The translations under genes were made by a program, and so were the position numbers. This document shows, piece by piece, positions 19,258-29,631 of a stretch of 60,629 bases of DNA. The stretch lies in IMG/VR virus record IMGVR_UViG_3300034374_012765; one strand, given 5' to 3'. Position 1 is the first letter of the stretch. Every line of letters begins with the position of its first letter. A model generated the notes under the pieces. It saw only the letters and a program-made list of their open reading frames with translations. It had not been told where the DNA came from and made no database searches. The DNA comes from an uncultured virus (IMG/VR IMGVR_UViG_3300034374_012765) (taxonomy: Duplodnaviria; Heunggongvirae; Uroviricota; Caudoviricetes).

Positions 19258-19920
19258 ATGCCTGAAAACACCCAAAAGAGAGTACCCAAAGGGGATATAA
19301 AGTTCACAATCTCCTTATCAGAGGAGCAGAAACTAGCAAAAGCAGAAATTAGAAACCATCCATTTAGCTTTATAACAGGGAAGGCAGGTAGTGGCAAAAC
19401 TCTGTTAGCGGTCCAAATAGCTCTGGACTCATACTTCAAAAGGGAGGTAAACAAAATAGTAATCACCAGACCCACGGTATCTAACGAGGATAATGGTTTT
19501 TTACCAGGTTCTTTAGAGGAAAAGATGGAACCTTGGCTAGTTCCTATAAGATCCAACATGAGAAAGGTCTACAATAAACCGGATATACTAGAAAAAATGG
19601 AAAAAGATGAGAACATAGAGCTTGTGTCTCTAACACATTTTAGGGGCAGAACTTTTGATGACTGCATCGTGATTGTAGACGAATTCCAAAATCTCACTAA
19701 ACAGCAGCTAGGGATGGTACTAGGTAGACTTGGAAAGAACTCAAAAATGATGTTGTGCGGGGACGGGCAACAAATAGATCTTAAATTCAATAACGACTCA
19801 GCAATACATGAGGTTCCCAAACTTAAGGATTCATCCTTTGTTTATACGATTTCACTTAAGGACAACCATAGACACGAATCAATAGACGAGGTACTTAGGC
19901 TACTTGCTAATAGTTACTGA
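19258..19920 (+). CDS. phoH: PhoH-family ATPase
   Basis: GKAGSGKT Walker A, ITRP, GFLPG..EEKMEPW, RGRTF, DEFQN, GD..QIDL and HR motifs. Confidence 0.95.
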   Translation: MPENTQKRVPKGDIKFTISLSEEQKLAKAEIRNHPFSFITGKAGSGKTLLAVQIALDSYFKREVNKIVITRPTVSNEDNGFLPGSLEEKMEPWLVPIRSNMRKVYNKPDILEKMEKDENIELVSLTHFRGRTFDDCIVIVDEFQNLTKQQLGMVLGRLGKNSKMMLCGDGQQIDLKFNNDSAIHEVPKLKDSSFVYTISLKDNHRHESIDEVLRLLANSY

Positions 19921-22900
19921 TTGAAAGTGGCATCCGGATTATTTGGTATCACTATACCAGATCCGAATTTCACTCTTTGGTTGAGCATAATCTCAAGTTG
20001 ATCTAAATTCATGTCTCTACCAAGCTCAAGAGCTTTAGAATTTCTATCCAGATTAGCAGGTATGTACCCGTAATCAGCTGAGTTAACATATTCAGGGTTC
20101 GGGTCGTTGGCAAGAGGTATAGACTGATTTACAACCTTAACAAAAGCTGGTTTGGAAACCTCATATACATTTCCAGCAGAATCCTCCACCGAGTTAACAA
20201 TCGAGTAATAGCCACTTTCAGCAAAGGTATAGATAAAATAGGGAACGGATTTCACATCAAGCAAAACCTCGCCCGTTCCTGCATTAGTTAATATCCACCT
20301 GTTATTATTTTTCCCAAATATCTTGGAATCATAATTACTCAAAAATAGGGTAGAAAGCATAGGAACGTATAGGTCAGAATTGCTATTATGGACATCTACC
20401 CAGGACCATGACCCAGAACCAACTCTGGAAATAATATCGCCCATTGCCTTACCAGGGGATTTCTTATATCCCTTAAACATCGAGGTGAAATTGCCATCGC
20501 CCGAAACATAAGGGAGATTTGCTGGACCGGTAACACCCGAATGTGAGCCAGCTAAAAACATATTATTCCCTCCCGATATAGTAAATGTGAAATCGCTCTG
20601 TTCACCAACTGAAGGGGTAAGCTTGAATGAGACCTCACCAAGGATAAGATCCTCTGGTTTCGTCCCTACTACACCACCAGAAAGAACACTAAATTGATAA
20701 ACACCCGGGCTAACCAGGCTAACACCTGGGTCATCATAGTATCCCGAATTTCCACCAATATCGGTCCATTCGGCTCTTCCATTTCTAATAAGAAAGTCAT
20801 TAAACTGATCTGTTAGATCGGCTCCTTCCTGTATAGAGTTTATGAAGAGGACATCTACAAAAGGGATCAGATTATAAACCGAAGCCTGATTTGAGCCAGG
20901 AAGATCAACACCCCCTATATGGAAAAGATCGCTCTTAAATGATTCCGGACTTCTCTGGGAGGTCGAGAAAGAATCTATAAATGTCCCAGTGACATTCCTT
21001 TTCACAATATTATAAGAATCCCCAACAATCGCAGGATCCTGAGGATATTTTAGGGATACGTAATAGTCTCCGTCGCTATCAACCCTGCTACATTGGGTCA
21101 AGGAAACCTTGTATGGTTCCCCATAAGATGAAGGTAAAAAATTATAGCTAGATGCAAGTGAATATCCACCCCCGGGTCTTAACGAGATCGTTCCTAGATT
21201 GACACCCCCCGAAGTTCCAGTTACAATCCCATTAGTTCCTGCTGGAGGAGGTGTGATAGTAGCATTTCCACTATATAGGAAATCAAAATAATATTGACTA
21301 TTAGATCGATAGACTAGACCAGTAGAACTCCAATCTGAATACAGGGGATCAGCAGAATTGAAGTTTCTCACGAAAGCACCTGTAATCCCAAGATTAGATG
21401 AAGAGTTCAGTAGGAAAAAGGGTCTAGATACTCCGGTGGGTCCAGGATGATTAAGACTGACCCCGCCTGAAGAAAAACTCGAACTAGAGGATCCACTCAA
21501 GACATAAGTTGAACTATCTCTCAGCGACTGGATTTCCTTAAGATGAAATCCTGTGGATCCCAATGTAAATCCATTCTTCAAATCTAAGTAAGAATCCATA
21601 TCAATCACAAATCCGTTGCTGTAATAGCTCCCTCCCTCGAATTCAGAGAAAAGAAAATACGGAGAATTTGGTATGTCCTCAGTTCGGCCATACCCGTTTG
21701 AGAGAGTCGATATTCCACCTTCTATATTAGTGGTAAGTCTTACTGAATTCTTAGATATTGATAAGTCAGAAATACCCACCGAGGTGTCATTACTCGACGT
21801 AGGAGATCCTGGCCTGACATCATATGAATAACTTGCCCTTGGGAAGTACCTAAAGTTACTTAGACAGTAGCTTGATTGTATAGCGTTAGGCTGGGAAAAA
21901 TCTATACCACCGTAGCTAACCTGATTTCCTATATCATAGTCAACCTCAGCGATAAAATATCCAGAACTGCCGTCCAAGACAGATTCATCTGGTATATAAG
22001 CACCGCTGGTAGCTCCAGTGGGCCCATTTAATATCCAAGGGTAGTCATAGCTGGCTGTAATACCAGGAGTAGCTATATTGGAAAAACCTATAGGGGCACC
22101 AGTTGGACCGCTAACCCCAGTGGCATTCATCTCAGAAGCACCAGGAAACTTAGATCCATATACAAATTTACCTGCCTCTATGTAATTACTAAATGATCCA
22201 GCAACGAAGAGTGTAGAGTCATCCAGAGAGGGGCAAGCTCTGAGAGCCCTCGTCGATTTTCCTCTAAATGGTATAGCTCCCATAATTTGCCCTGCATCAC
22301 TATAAAAAGCCACGAATCCAACCTCCCCAGTTCCTCCAGTACCTCCGCTAGGATTTGGATTTACAAGGGAATATGCGGATTCTAAATTTGATGGCTCTCC
22401 TAGATTTATAGACGATTCGCTCGAATATCCAGTTACCACATTATAACCCTTATATCTGCAAGATGATGTGATAGTAAAGCTATCTATATCGTCAAGCCAA
22501 GAATATTCATCAGGGATTAATTTCATTCTGTCTACATCAGTATAACTTAGAACCGGTGGATTACTCCAATAGCTCCTATTACCAGCGGAGTTGTTAGCTA
22601 TATCCTTGAAGTCGGTCTCAAGGAATAGATTCCTTGGGTCCATTCCAGGATGGTTATTTAGCAAAGGCGAAAGATCTCTATTAGTCCAGGTAGGAAATTC
22701 CCAAGTATATTTATTAGATTTTGGTAATCTTGCGGTGTCCGTAGTACCGCCTTCGGTAGTTGGGGTATACGATACAAAATTCCACCCGGTAGTTCCAGTG
22801 TACTTAGAGGTCCCATATACATGGGGTATAGTATAATCAAAGAGGGTTATATAATTTCCAGCTACAACCCAAAGGTCCGATGAATACGCGGTTTTATTAG

Positions 22901-23903
22901 TATATTGACTTTTCTCTTGGATAACGAGTAGGTCTATAACCCTATCATCAATCAAATCAGAGTTGGATTGCGTATAATTTGTAAATGTTGTCCCGTTAAA
23001 GTGGTAAAAGCCATCCGTGTTTGGAACTGCCACCATGTTAGGAGATCCAATCTTAAAAAATACATGACCATTTTTTCTGGACACCACTTTGGTTACACCG
23101 ACACCAGCACCAATGGACCACCGATAATATTTCTCGCCATCCCAATACACCAATCCATCAGAGGTACCAAGCCAGTAGTTTCCATTCTCGTCAAATGATA
23201 TGGAGTAAACAACATCGGATCCTATATTAGAATTAGAGGTGTTTTTCTTCACCATCTCGGGGATTGATATTATACCCCCCTCCAGATCATCCGTTGCTAT
23301 TTTTCCATCAGGTATTATTTGAAGTCCATCATCAGTACATAGATAGTAGTCATAATCTCCACCCTTGGTACCTACTGCAGTCATTTCGTAAATATGTGGC
23401 CAAGTATAGCCTGGGGCAACCTCAGACCAGGATTCGTCAACTTTATCATATCTCCATAGATAACCACCGGTTACACCGATATCTCCGCTAGCCCCCGTTC
23501 CTCCCCCACCATTAAGAGGGGAGATAAAAGCTAATACGTCATTACCATAGGGACAGGCATAAATCGATGGAACGTCCCAAGAAGATTCAGACGAAATTAT
23601 ATCGCCAAATTCCGATTTATCCCAGGAATTGCCTGAATTAACATCATCTCCAGAAATATAGAAAACCAAATTCTGATCCACACCTGTAGTGACAGCTGAA
23701 CCAACCCACTTATTATTCTGTGGGTCGATGGAAATTGATCTAGTGTCCTTGAAATAGGAAGCATTAGAGGGAACAGCGGAGTTTATTGAATTATAATAAT
23801 TCCATTGGTTCCCGTCATAGTTGCTTAGACCCCTACCAACAACCCAAACAGATCCATCGGAATCGAGAGAAGCCTCGTTTATATAAAGATTCAAATTAGC
23901 CAT
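19914..23903 (-). CDS. Large beta-propeller virion protein with a C-terminal PKD-like domain
   Basis: Two-component-regulator-type propeller repeats (SDVVYSISFDENGNYWLGTSDGL; NYTQSNSDLIDDRVIDL); C-terminal YTFAESGYYSIVNSVEDSAGN. Confidence 0.65.
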   Translation of the reverse strand: MANLNLYINEASLDSDGSVWVVGRGLSNYDGNQWNYYNSINSAVPSNASYFKDTRSISIDPQNNKWVGSAVTTGVDQNLVFYISGDDVNSGNSWDKSEFGDIISSESSWDVPSIYACPYGNDVLAFISPLNGGGGTGASGDIGVTGGYLWRYDKVDESWSEVAPGYTWPHIYEMTAVGTKGGDYDYYLCTDDGLQIIPDGKIATDDLEGGIISIPEMVKKNTSNSNIGSDVVYSISFDENGNYWLGTSDGLVYWDGEKYYRWSIGAGVGVTKVVSRKNGHVFFKIGSPNMVAVPNTDGFYHFNGTTFTNYTQSNSDLIDDRVIDLLVIQEKSQYTNKTAYSSDLWVVAGNYITLFDYTIPHVYGTSKYTGTTGWNFVSYTPTTEGGTTDTARLPKSNKYTWEFPTWTNRDLSPLLNNHPGMDPRNLFLETDFKDIANNSAGNRSYWSNPPVLSYTDVDRMKLIPDEYSWLDDIDSFTITSSCRYKGYNVVTGYSSESSINLGEPSNLESAYSLVNPNPSGGTGGTGEVGFVAFYSDAGQIMGAIPFRGKSTRALRACPSLDDSTLFVAGSFSNYIEAGKFVYGSKFPGASEMNATGVSGPTGAPIGFSNIATPGITASYDYPWILNGPTGATSGAYIPDESVLDGSSGYFIAEVDYDIGNQVSYGGIDFSQPNAIQSSYCLSNFRYFPRASYSYDVRPGSPTSSNDTSVGISDLSISKNSVRLTTNIEGGISTLSNGYGRTEDIPNSPYFLFSEFEGGSYYSNGFVIDMDSYLDLKNGFTLGSTGFHLKEIQSLRDSSTYVLSGSSSSSFSSGGVSLNHPGPTGVSRPFFLLNSSSNLGITGAFVRNFNSADPLYSDWSSTGLVYRSNSQYYFDFLYSGNATITPPPAGTNGIVTGTSGGVNLGTISLRPGGGYSLASSYNFLPSSYGEPYKVSLTQCSRVDSDGDYYVSLKYPQDPAIVGDSYNIVKRNVTGTFIDSFSTSQRSPESFKSDLFHIGGVDLPGSNQASVYNLIPFVDVLFINSIQEGADLTDQFNDFLIRNGRAEWTDIGGNSGYYDDPGVSLVSPGVYQFSVLSGGVVGTKPEDLILGEVSFKLTPSVGEQSDFTFTISGGNNMFLAGSHSGVTGPANLPYVSGDGNFTSMFKGYKKSPGKAMGDIISRVGSGSWSWVDVHNSNSDLYVPMLSTLFLSNYDSKIFGKNNNRWILTNAGTGEVLLDVKSVPYFIYTFAESGYYSIVNSVEDSAGNVYEVSKPAFVKVVNQSIPLANDPNPEYVNSADYGYIPANLDRNSKALELGRDMNLDQLEIMLNQRVKFGSGIVIPNNPDATFNQ

Positions 23904-23912
23904 TCTTATTCA

Positions 23913-23920
23913 TATTTATC
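23913..23920 (-). promoter_or_regulatory. Putative late promoter GATAAATA
   Basis: In the 17-nt gap upstream of the propeller gene. Confidence 0.55.
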
Positions 23921-25561
23921 TTAAAAAATACTTCCCCCAATTTGTACTTGAGAACCAGTTAGCTGATAACTAACCAGGTCATTGACCACTTTAAGACACC
24001 CGCTACAAGTAGCTGCTGCACTTACAGTACCAGCGAAAGGTAAAATTTTAGGGTTGCCACTTAAAAGTGCAGTCAACGCGGCGGAATTATCGTCAATTTC
24101 TAACTTATTTATATCAGTGCTCTTTATCAACAACTTAAGCCCATAGAAATTAAAAGGATCACCTCCAGAATCAACATTAAATCTACTTAGTGCTACAGCT
24201 TCGATATCCCCAGTTCCCCCCGGAAAATTAGAAACAAAGGCAGAATTCAACTGAGAAGCAACACCTAAATCAGGACCAACATCCTGCATGGAATAGAATT
24301 CTCCCGCTGTCCCTGGGGCATTACCAATTCCAGAGTTTCCATTCATGGTAACGGTAAAGCTTCCGGTAGATCCGCTAGCCAACGAATAGTTAAAAGTTAT
24401 CTCATAAGATGTGCCAGAGAATCCTCTATTTGTAAAAAACAGAGTAGAATATACAACTGGATCATTCCCAGAAAGACCCGTATACGTAAAATTAGTACCC
24501 GGGAACCCTCTGCTGATTATCGTTACTAACTGAGCAGAATGCATAATCGGATATCTGCTCCCGATGATCTCAGCAACAAGATCCTCAGTATACCCATAGT
24601 TATCTATTAAATTGGTCACAAATGGACCAACGGAGAAAAATATGGTATCCACACTTCCATATCCTAGTATGTAATTTCCGCTTGCAACAGTAGGGACAGT
24701 GCCACCATACAAGGGGGGATTAAGACAAGTAAAACAATCAGTAATATCTCCCCATCCTTTGCTATACATACTGGTACCTATAGTAGCCATACCCGTACAT
24801 CTTATTTTGACGTCCTCCTGGGTTGAATGAAAGAACTTGATCGGCTGAATTCCAGATCCGCTAGCTCCAGGCTTTATAGACATAATAGCCTCGTCAGGAG
24901 AAAGTCCTATTGCGGATGTTCTGTATGTAGTGCTATAAACTGGGGATTCTTCCGTATAACTTGTCAATGGAATAATTGGATAATTGGCATTTATATAGTA
25001 ATTTTCAATGGGACCGATCTTAGATACGGTATAGGTCTTAGAAACAGTATCAAAAGCAGTGGGGGAGGAAGCAATGGCAGTTAGCTGAACAGTAACAGTC
25101 CTTGTTGTTCCTGGCGGATCCAAAGGGGAAGCACCCGGTACATCAACCCAATCATCATACTGAAACCCAGTCACGTTTTGTGTTGTAAAGACGTCAGTAC
25201 CTACGAACCAAGCCCACGCAACAGGATCATTAGGAGATCCTGTACTCGTATCATAAAACTCGTTCACCTGCGACATCAACCTTGAGGTATACAATCTGCT
25301 GAAATTTGCGTTCATTATAGCAGGGTTAACTGTCACCAAACCACTCTGCAATAAATAGGAATTAACCCCAGCATTATCAGTTACATCCAGCCTAACGTTG
25401 TAATCACCAGCTGAAGCATAGGTAACTGAAGCAGTAGCTCCAGTAGCAGAGGATGGGGTTCCACCACTAAATTGCCAGGAATACTGGTAAGGTGGAGTTC
25501 CTCCTGAGGTTGTGTCAGTAAAGATTATCTGTTGTCCTTGGTAAATGGTTATATTAGACAT
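23921..25561 (-). CDS. PKD-domain structural protein
   Basis: FTDTTSGGTPPYQYSWQFSGGTP...VTYASAGDYNVRLDVTD is a typical PKD domain; a second, degenerate PKD follows. Confidence 0.75.
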   Translation of the reverse strand: MSNITIYQGQQIIFTDTTSGGTPPYQYSWQFSGGTPSSATGATASVTYASAGDYNVRLDVTDNAGVNSYLLQSGLVTVNPAIMNANFSRLYTSRLMSQVNEFYDTSTGSPNDPVAWAWFVGTDVFTTQNVTGFQYDDWVDVPGASPLDPPGTTRTVTVQLTAIASSPTAFDTVSKTYTVSKIGPIENYYINANYPIIPLTSYTEESPVYSTTYRTSAIGLSPDEAIMSIKPGASGSGIQPIKFFHSTQEDVKIRCTGMATIGTSMYSKGWGDITDCFTCLNPPLYGGTVPTVASGNYILGYGSVDTIFFSVGPFVTNLIDNYGYTEDLVAEIIGSRYPIMHSAQLVTIISRGFPGTNFTYTGLSGNDPVVYSTLFFTNRGFSGTSYEITFNYSLASGSTGSFTVTMNGNSGIGNAPGTAGEFYSMQDVGPDLGVASQLNSAFVSNFPGGTGDIEAVALSRFNVDSGGDPFNFYGLKLLIKSTDINKLEIDDNSAALTALLSGNPKILPFAGTVSAAATCSGCLKVVNDLVSYQLTGSQVQIGGSIF

Positions 25562-25576
25562 ATTTCTTCTCTATTA

Positions 25577-28500
25577 TTAAGGTCCGGTTGCATAGGTGAA
25601 AGAAACTACCAACGGAGGAGGTGCACCTGGCATTGTGGCAGGAGCTGGCGCAGTCCCACCAGAGACCGATGCATCATAAAATGCAGGATCTATTGGCCCA
25701 GAGGTGGTCAAATAAGCAGTGGCTCCAGTTGGAATTGTTCTATAGTAAAAATTGGTTATGTTTACATCATTCGATGAATTTAGCTGGGACGAGGCAGAAC
25801 CTAGGGTAAGATATGACGTGGAACCCGTGCCACCATCCTTAGCAAATGTGACCCCTGTGGGCAGCGGATAATTATCAGCTCCCATACTCAATTCAATATG
25901 ATCTCCAGGTTTAATACTATGAATCTCGTATCCACCTAGCCATCCGCTTTCATATCCAAAATCAGCCCAAGAGTGAGCGTAAGCTTCATTCCAAGACGAA
26001 TCAGTAAAAGTTTCCCAATTCAGAAATTTAGTACCAAAGTACTTGAGATTCTCAACTGGTAAATCTCCATTTGCAGGATCCCAGGAAACATAAGCTGTAC
26101 CTCCAGTAATTCCGCCTCCCAAATTGGGATCGCTAGATACGAGGGATAGGGAACCAGATAGATTAACTCGTAATTTATCGCCATTCCCAATATTTCCGCT
26201 CTCAGCATCAGCTACTATGTTTACTGTAGCAGGAATATTATCAGGATAAAAAGATTGTGCAAAATAATCTGGCTGAGTATAAACTCGGTTGATCTCCGTT
26301 ATTATTCCATTGACGGTGGATTGCAAGTTAGATCCGGAAGACGTTGCACCTATTATGCGATCGTTTATATAAACCTCTATTTGACCCCCACCCGTAGTCT
26401 TTTGACTTGGGTATGAATCAGGTAAGACATAGTATGCAGTAGCACCTATAAGGGAACCTGTACCGGAGGTAGCACCAACTCCGGATTGATTGCTCAGGAT
26501 ATAAGGAACAGTAAAACTGTATCCGGTAGCGCCGTCGGGAATTGAGGTAATTGCCCACGATTTATTTAGATCATCTATCGATCCACTAATATAAACAGTT
26601 TGACCTCCGATAAAATTATGGGGTTGAACCGTATGTACAGTAGCATATCCGTATTGACCCCCGCTAATTAGCAAAGAATACACATATCTAATATCCAAAA
26701 TTTCCTGGTTGATGGTAAAGTTACCCGAAGCACCTACTCCTTCAGTATATTTACTAACGCTAAGTTTTTGCCCATCTATAGCATTATTACCATATACAGC
26801 AAAATCCAATATCTCCTCAGGGATTTCTTTTGCAACCTGGTCAAAAGTCTTACCTTCTGAAGGATACTCCCAAATTGAATTATATGAGTTCCATGTCCTA
26901 ATAGTCTGATCCCAGAGATAATTCTCATTTTCTCTATATCTGGTCCAACCATCTATCAATATGCTCCTCGGGGATACCTCTATGGTAGATTTTTTTATTT
27001 TAACATTCTTAAAATTAAAAGAATCGTAAAGGTTACATGTAACGTCATAGGTTCCAACATAAGGTAAGAAGTGGGCTAACTTATAATAATCCATAGCGTA
27101 GCCTCTCCTGGAGAAATAATATGGGCTGCCCTCTTGTGTGGGTGATTTTGTTATCTCCCACTCTATCTCATTATATGCAGAAAAATCTATAGATGACCAA
27201 GTTAAAGCTTTACTGCTAAATGTAAATGTCGGAAGGGTTAAAGCATCCCATGTCATTCCCATCTCATCCCAAACCCATCTATCTACACCTAGCTCTAAAA
27301 TTACTGGCATTCCCAGAGGATTTAGATATTTATTACCAGTGGTTCTATTTAAATCAATCACGGGATCATTAACGTCATCACCCAGATTTTTTAGCATCTC
27401 ATTCTCCTTTATGTAGTAAAAATTAGAGATAGCGTTGATCATCCTTCTATTTTGCTCCGGCGTGTATATCTGACCATTAGAGAGAGGATTCACATCGTTA
27501 CCAAAGTCCGATATACTGGAATCAATAATGTTAATTGATCCATTAAGCAAGGAACTAGTAGTGGAATAGTAATATAAATTGTCAGATTCCTGAGGATTAA
27601 CATCTATTGTTACAGTTCCCCCTGTAGCTCCGTTATTTGATACACCTAGGGGATCTATCTGGGTAAGACCTGGATCCGTTGTCAAGTACAAGTCATAAGC
27701 ATAAGAACCCTGGGTAAGGTTTAGCTTATATTTTTTACCTCTCATTAACGAGAGGGCTGGGTTAAAACCAGTAATACCATTAACTATGAAAGCATTCCCG
27801 GATGGACCAGTTGCAGCAAAATTCAAATCAACCACATCGTAGTAGTTCATAGGAGCCTGCACAGAAGTCTTGCTTGGTCTCGTGCCAAAAGCTCTAAGAT
27901 CCTCTATAAACCCAAAATCTGGGTTTGGGGTAAATTCTATATTATTACCAATGTCTATATCCTCCCTTTCCAGTACATCCGTCCAGGCCTTGGTATTATA
28001 AACATTGTAATAAACACCCTCCCCAGTAATATCAATGATTCTAGCATTAAGTGGCAAATACGAATTCTTAAGCCTCTCCTTGAGAGCAAATAATTTAACA
28101 AGAACTTCCTCTTGAGTAAAAGCAAAGGCCTCCGGTGTATTTGGATATCCGTAATCATCCTCAGTAGGTGCAGTGGTGTTTATATTATAATAGAGACCAA
28201 AAAGAGATGTCTTTTTGTAAGTTCTGCTAGGCACCAAGGTATTTTCAGACGAAATATCTAGCACATATTCGCCATCTGAGTTCGGCCCATAGGTCTGCTC
28301 CAATCTGTACTTCCCGGTGTTCTCATTATCAAAAACATCAGCAATAAGATTAGACTGATTAGGGACTGGAGTATTACCATACTTATTAAGAAACATCTTA
28401 TTCTCCTCCAGAGGAGATAGATTTAGCTTGTTGTATCTTAGATTGAGCCAGTACTCTTTTATTCTCAGATCTTGATAGCCAAAGAATTTTAAAGCACCTA

Positions 28501-29629
28501 TGAGTCCCTTATAGCTTCCTATGTACGGGAATATATCATCCCCGGCAACCATGAGTTCCTTCCTCTTCTCATTTATTTCAACGTAATCAGGCAAGGGTTC
28601 AGAGGGATCATGCTCTCTTAGTATGGGTGAGTCGCTACCGAAAAAAGCCCTACCCAAATTATTGGTCAAAACATTGAGTCTTGAGTCCTCACCTATTACC
28701 TGCCCATAAAATAAAACCTCCGCAATCTTTTCTGCACCCCCCGAGGTTATGTCCTCTATAATTAACTTCCTCTCATATATTTCAGCAGCAAAATCAGGGG
28801 CACTAAGTGCAACATTAACTGAGATAGCTCTAGATGGTGTACCCGCCTCCGGTGTAACAATATACCCATTGCTATAAGAATCTGTGACATCCTTAATTAT
28901 GGGAATTGCTATATTCTCGTAATTTATTATTGATGGATCCCCGCCTAAATCAGGGTCATTCTCGGTTATTTTGTAAGTGAATAAGACATCCGTAACGTCA
29001 GTATTTCCGTAGGTATCGTTTTCCCATCTAGTTCTCCACAAAGGATCATTGGATGAACCTGTGGAGCCAGTGTGAGGAACTCCTAGAAAATCAGATCCGG
29101 TTACGCTATCTTTAAATTGCTGAACTACGAATATCTGTTCATTCTCATAAAGACCAGCAGAAACTGGGTCAAAGAATATGGAGCCAGTGAAATATCCGCC
29201 AGGCAAATCTGAGGTTATACACTCTATATAAGCTGTATTATCATTAGATATGGTGGTTACCCCAATAACCCTGGATAGATTTATTTTAAGTATGGATCCA
29301 GATATTACAATCGAGGATATATCACCCTGCAGAATATTAGCTGGATAAAAAGTTACCTTAAGGGTTAGCTTTCCTCCTTGGGAAACATTAGAATTAACCG
29401 AATTAGCCCAAGCAGTTAAATCATAACCATTCATATCCTTCTTGTTCATATAAAGAACATTTGAAGAAATATCAAATAAGGATATCCTCCCTTGGGGAGG
29501 ATTAGCATCGGTGGACCTAGATTCGTAGTTGAAGTTATAAGTTAACGGTGCAGCTGCAGTAGCTCCAACATACTCAAAATTTAAAGGTTCTCCCTTTTTA
29601 TCAAAAAATTTAAGGTGCCGATTTGCCAT
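25577..29629 (-). CDS. Baseplate wedge protein, gp7-like, with accessory domains
   Basis: YIGSYKGLIGALKFFGY resembles the gp7/P2 gpI helix motif; lies two genes downstream of the gp6-like gene. Confidence 0.6.
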   Translation of the reverse strand: MANRHLKFFDKKGEPLNFEYVGATAAAPLTYNFNYESRSTDANPPQGRISLFDISSNVLYMNKKDMNGYDLTAWANSVNSNVSQGGKLTLKVTFYPANILQGDISSIVISGSILKINLSRVIGVTTISNDNTAYIECITSDLPGGYFTGSIFFDPVSAGLYENEQIFVVQQFKDSVTGSDFLGVPHTGSTGSSNDPLWRTRWENDTYGNTDVTDVLFTYKITENDPDLGGDPSIINYENIAIPIIKDVTDSYSNGYIVTPEAGTPSRAISVNVALSAPDFAAEIYERKLIIEDITSGGAEKIAEVLFYGQVIGEDSRLNVLTNNLGRAFFGSDSPILREHDPSEPLPDYVEINEKRKELMVAGDDIFPYIGSYKGLIGALKFFGYQDLRIKEYWLNLRYNKLNLSPLEENKMFLNKYGNTPVPNQSNLIADVFDNENTGKYRLEQTYGPNSDGEYVLDISSENTLVPSRTYKKTSLFGLYYNINTTAPTEDDYGYPNTPEAFAFTQEEVLVKLFALKERLKNSYLPLNARIIDITGEGVYYNVYNTKAWTDVLEREDIDIGNNIEFTPNPDFGFIEDLRAFGTRPSKTSVQAPMNYYDVVDLNFAATGPSGNAFIVNGITGFNPALSLMRGKKYKLNLTQGSYAYDLYLTTDPGLTQIDPLGVSNNGATGGTVTIDVNPQESDNLYYYSTTSSLLNGSINIIDSSISDFGNDVNPLSNGQIYTPEQNRRMINAISNFYYIKENEMLKNLGDDVNDPVIDLNRTTGNKYLNPLGMPVILELGVDRWVWDEMGMTWDALTLPTFTFSSKALTWSSIDFSAYNEIEWEITKSPTQEGSPYYFSRRGYAMDYYKLAHFLPYVGTYDVTCNLYDSFNFKNVKIKKSTIEVSPRSILIDGWTRYRENENYLWDQTIRTWNSYNSIWEYPSEGKTFDQVAKEIPEEILDFAVYGNNAIDGQKLSVSKYTEGVGASGNFTINQEILDIRYVYSLLISGGQYGYATVHTVQPHNFIGGQTVYISGSIDDLNKSWAITSIPDGATGYSFTVPYILSNQSGVGATSGTGSLIGATAYYVLPDSYPSQKTTGGGQIEVYINDRIIGATSSGSNLQSTVNGIITEINRVYTQPDYFAQSFYPDNIPATVNIVADAESGNIGNGDKLRVNLSGSLSLVSSDPNLGGGITGGTAYVSWDPANGDLPVENLKYFGTKFLNWETFTDSSWNEAYAHSWADFGYESGWLGGYEIHSIKPGDHIELSMGADNYPLPTGVTFAKDGGTGSTSYLTLGSASSQLNSSNDVNITNFYYRTIPTGATAYLTTSGPIDPAFYDASVSGGTAPAPATMPGAPPPLVVSFTYATGP

Positions 29630-29631
29630 CT

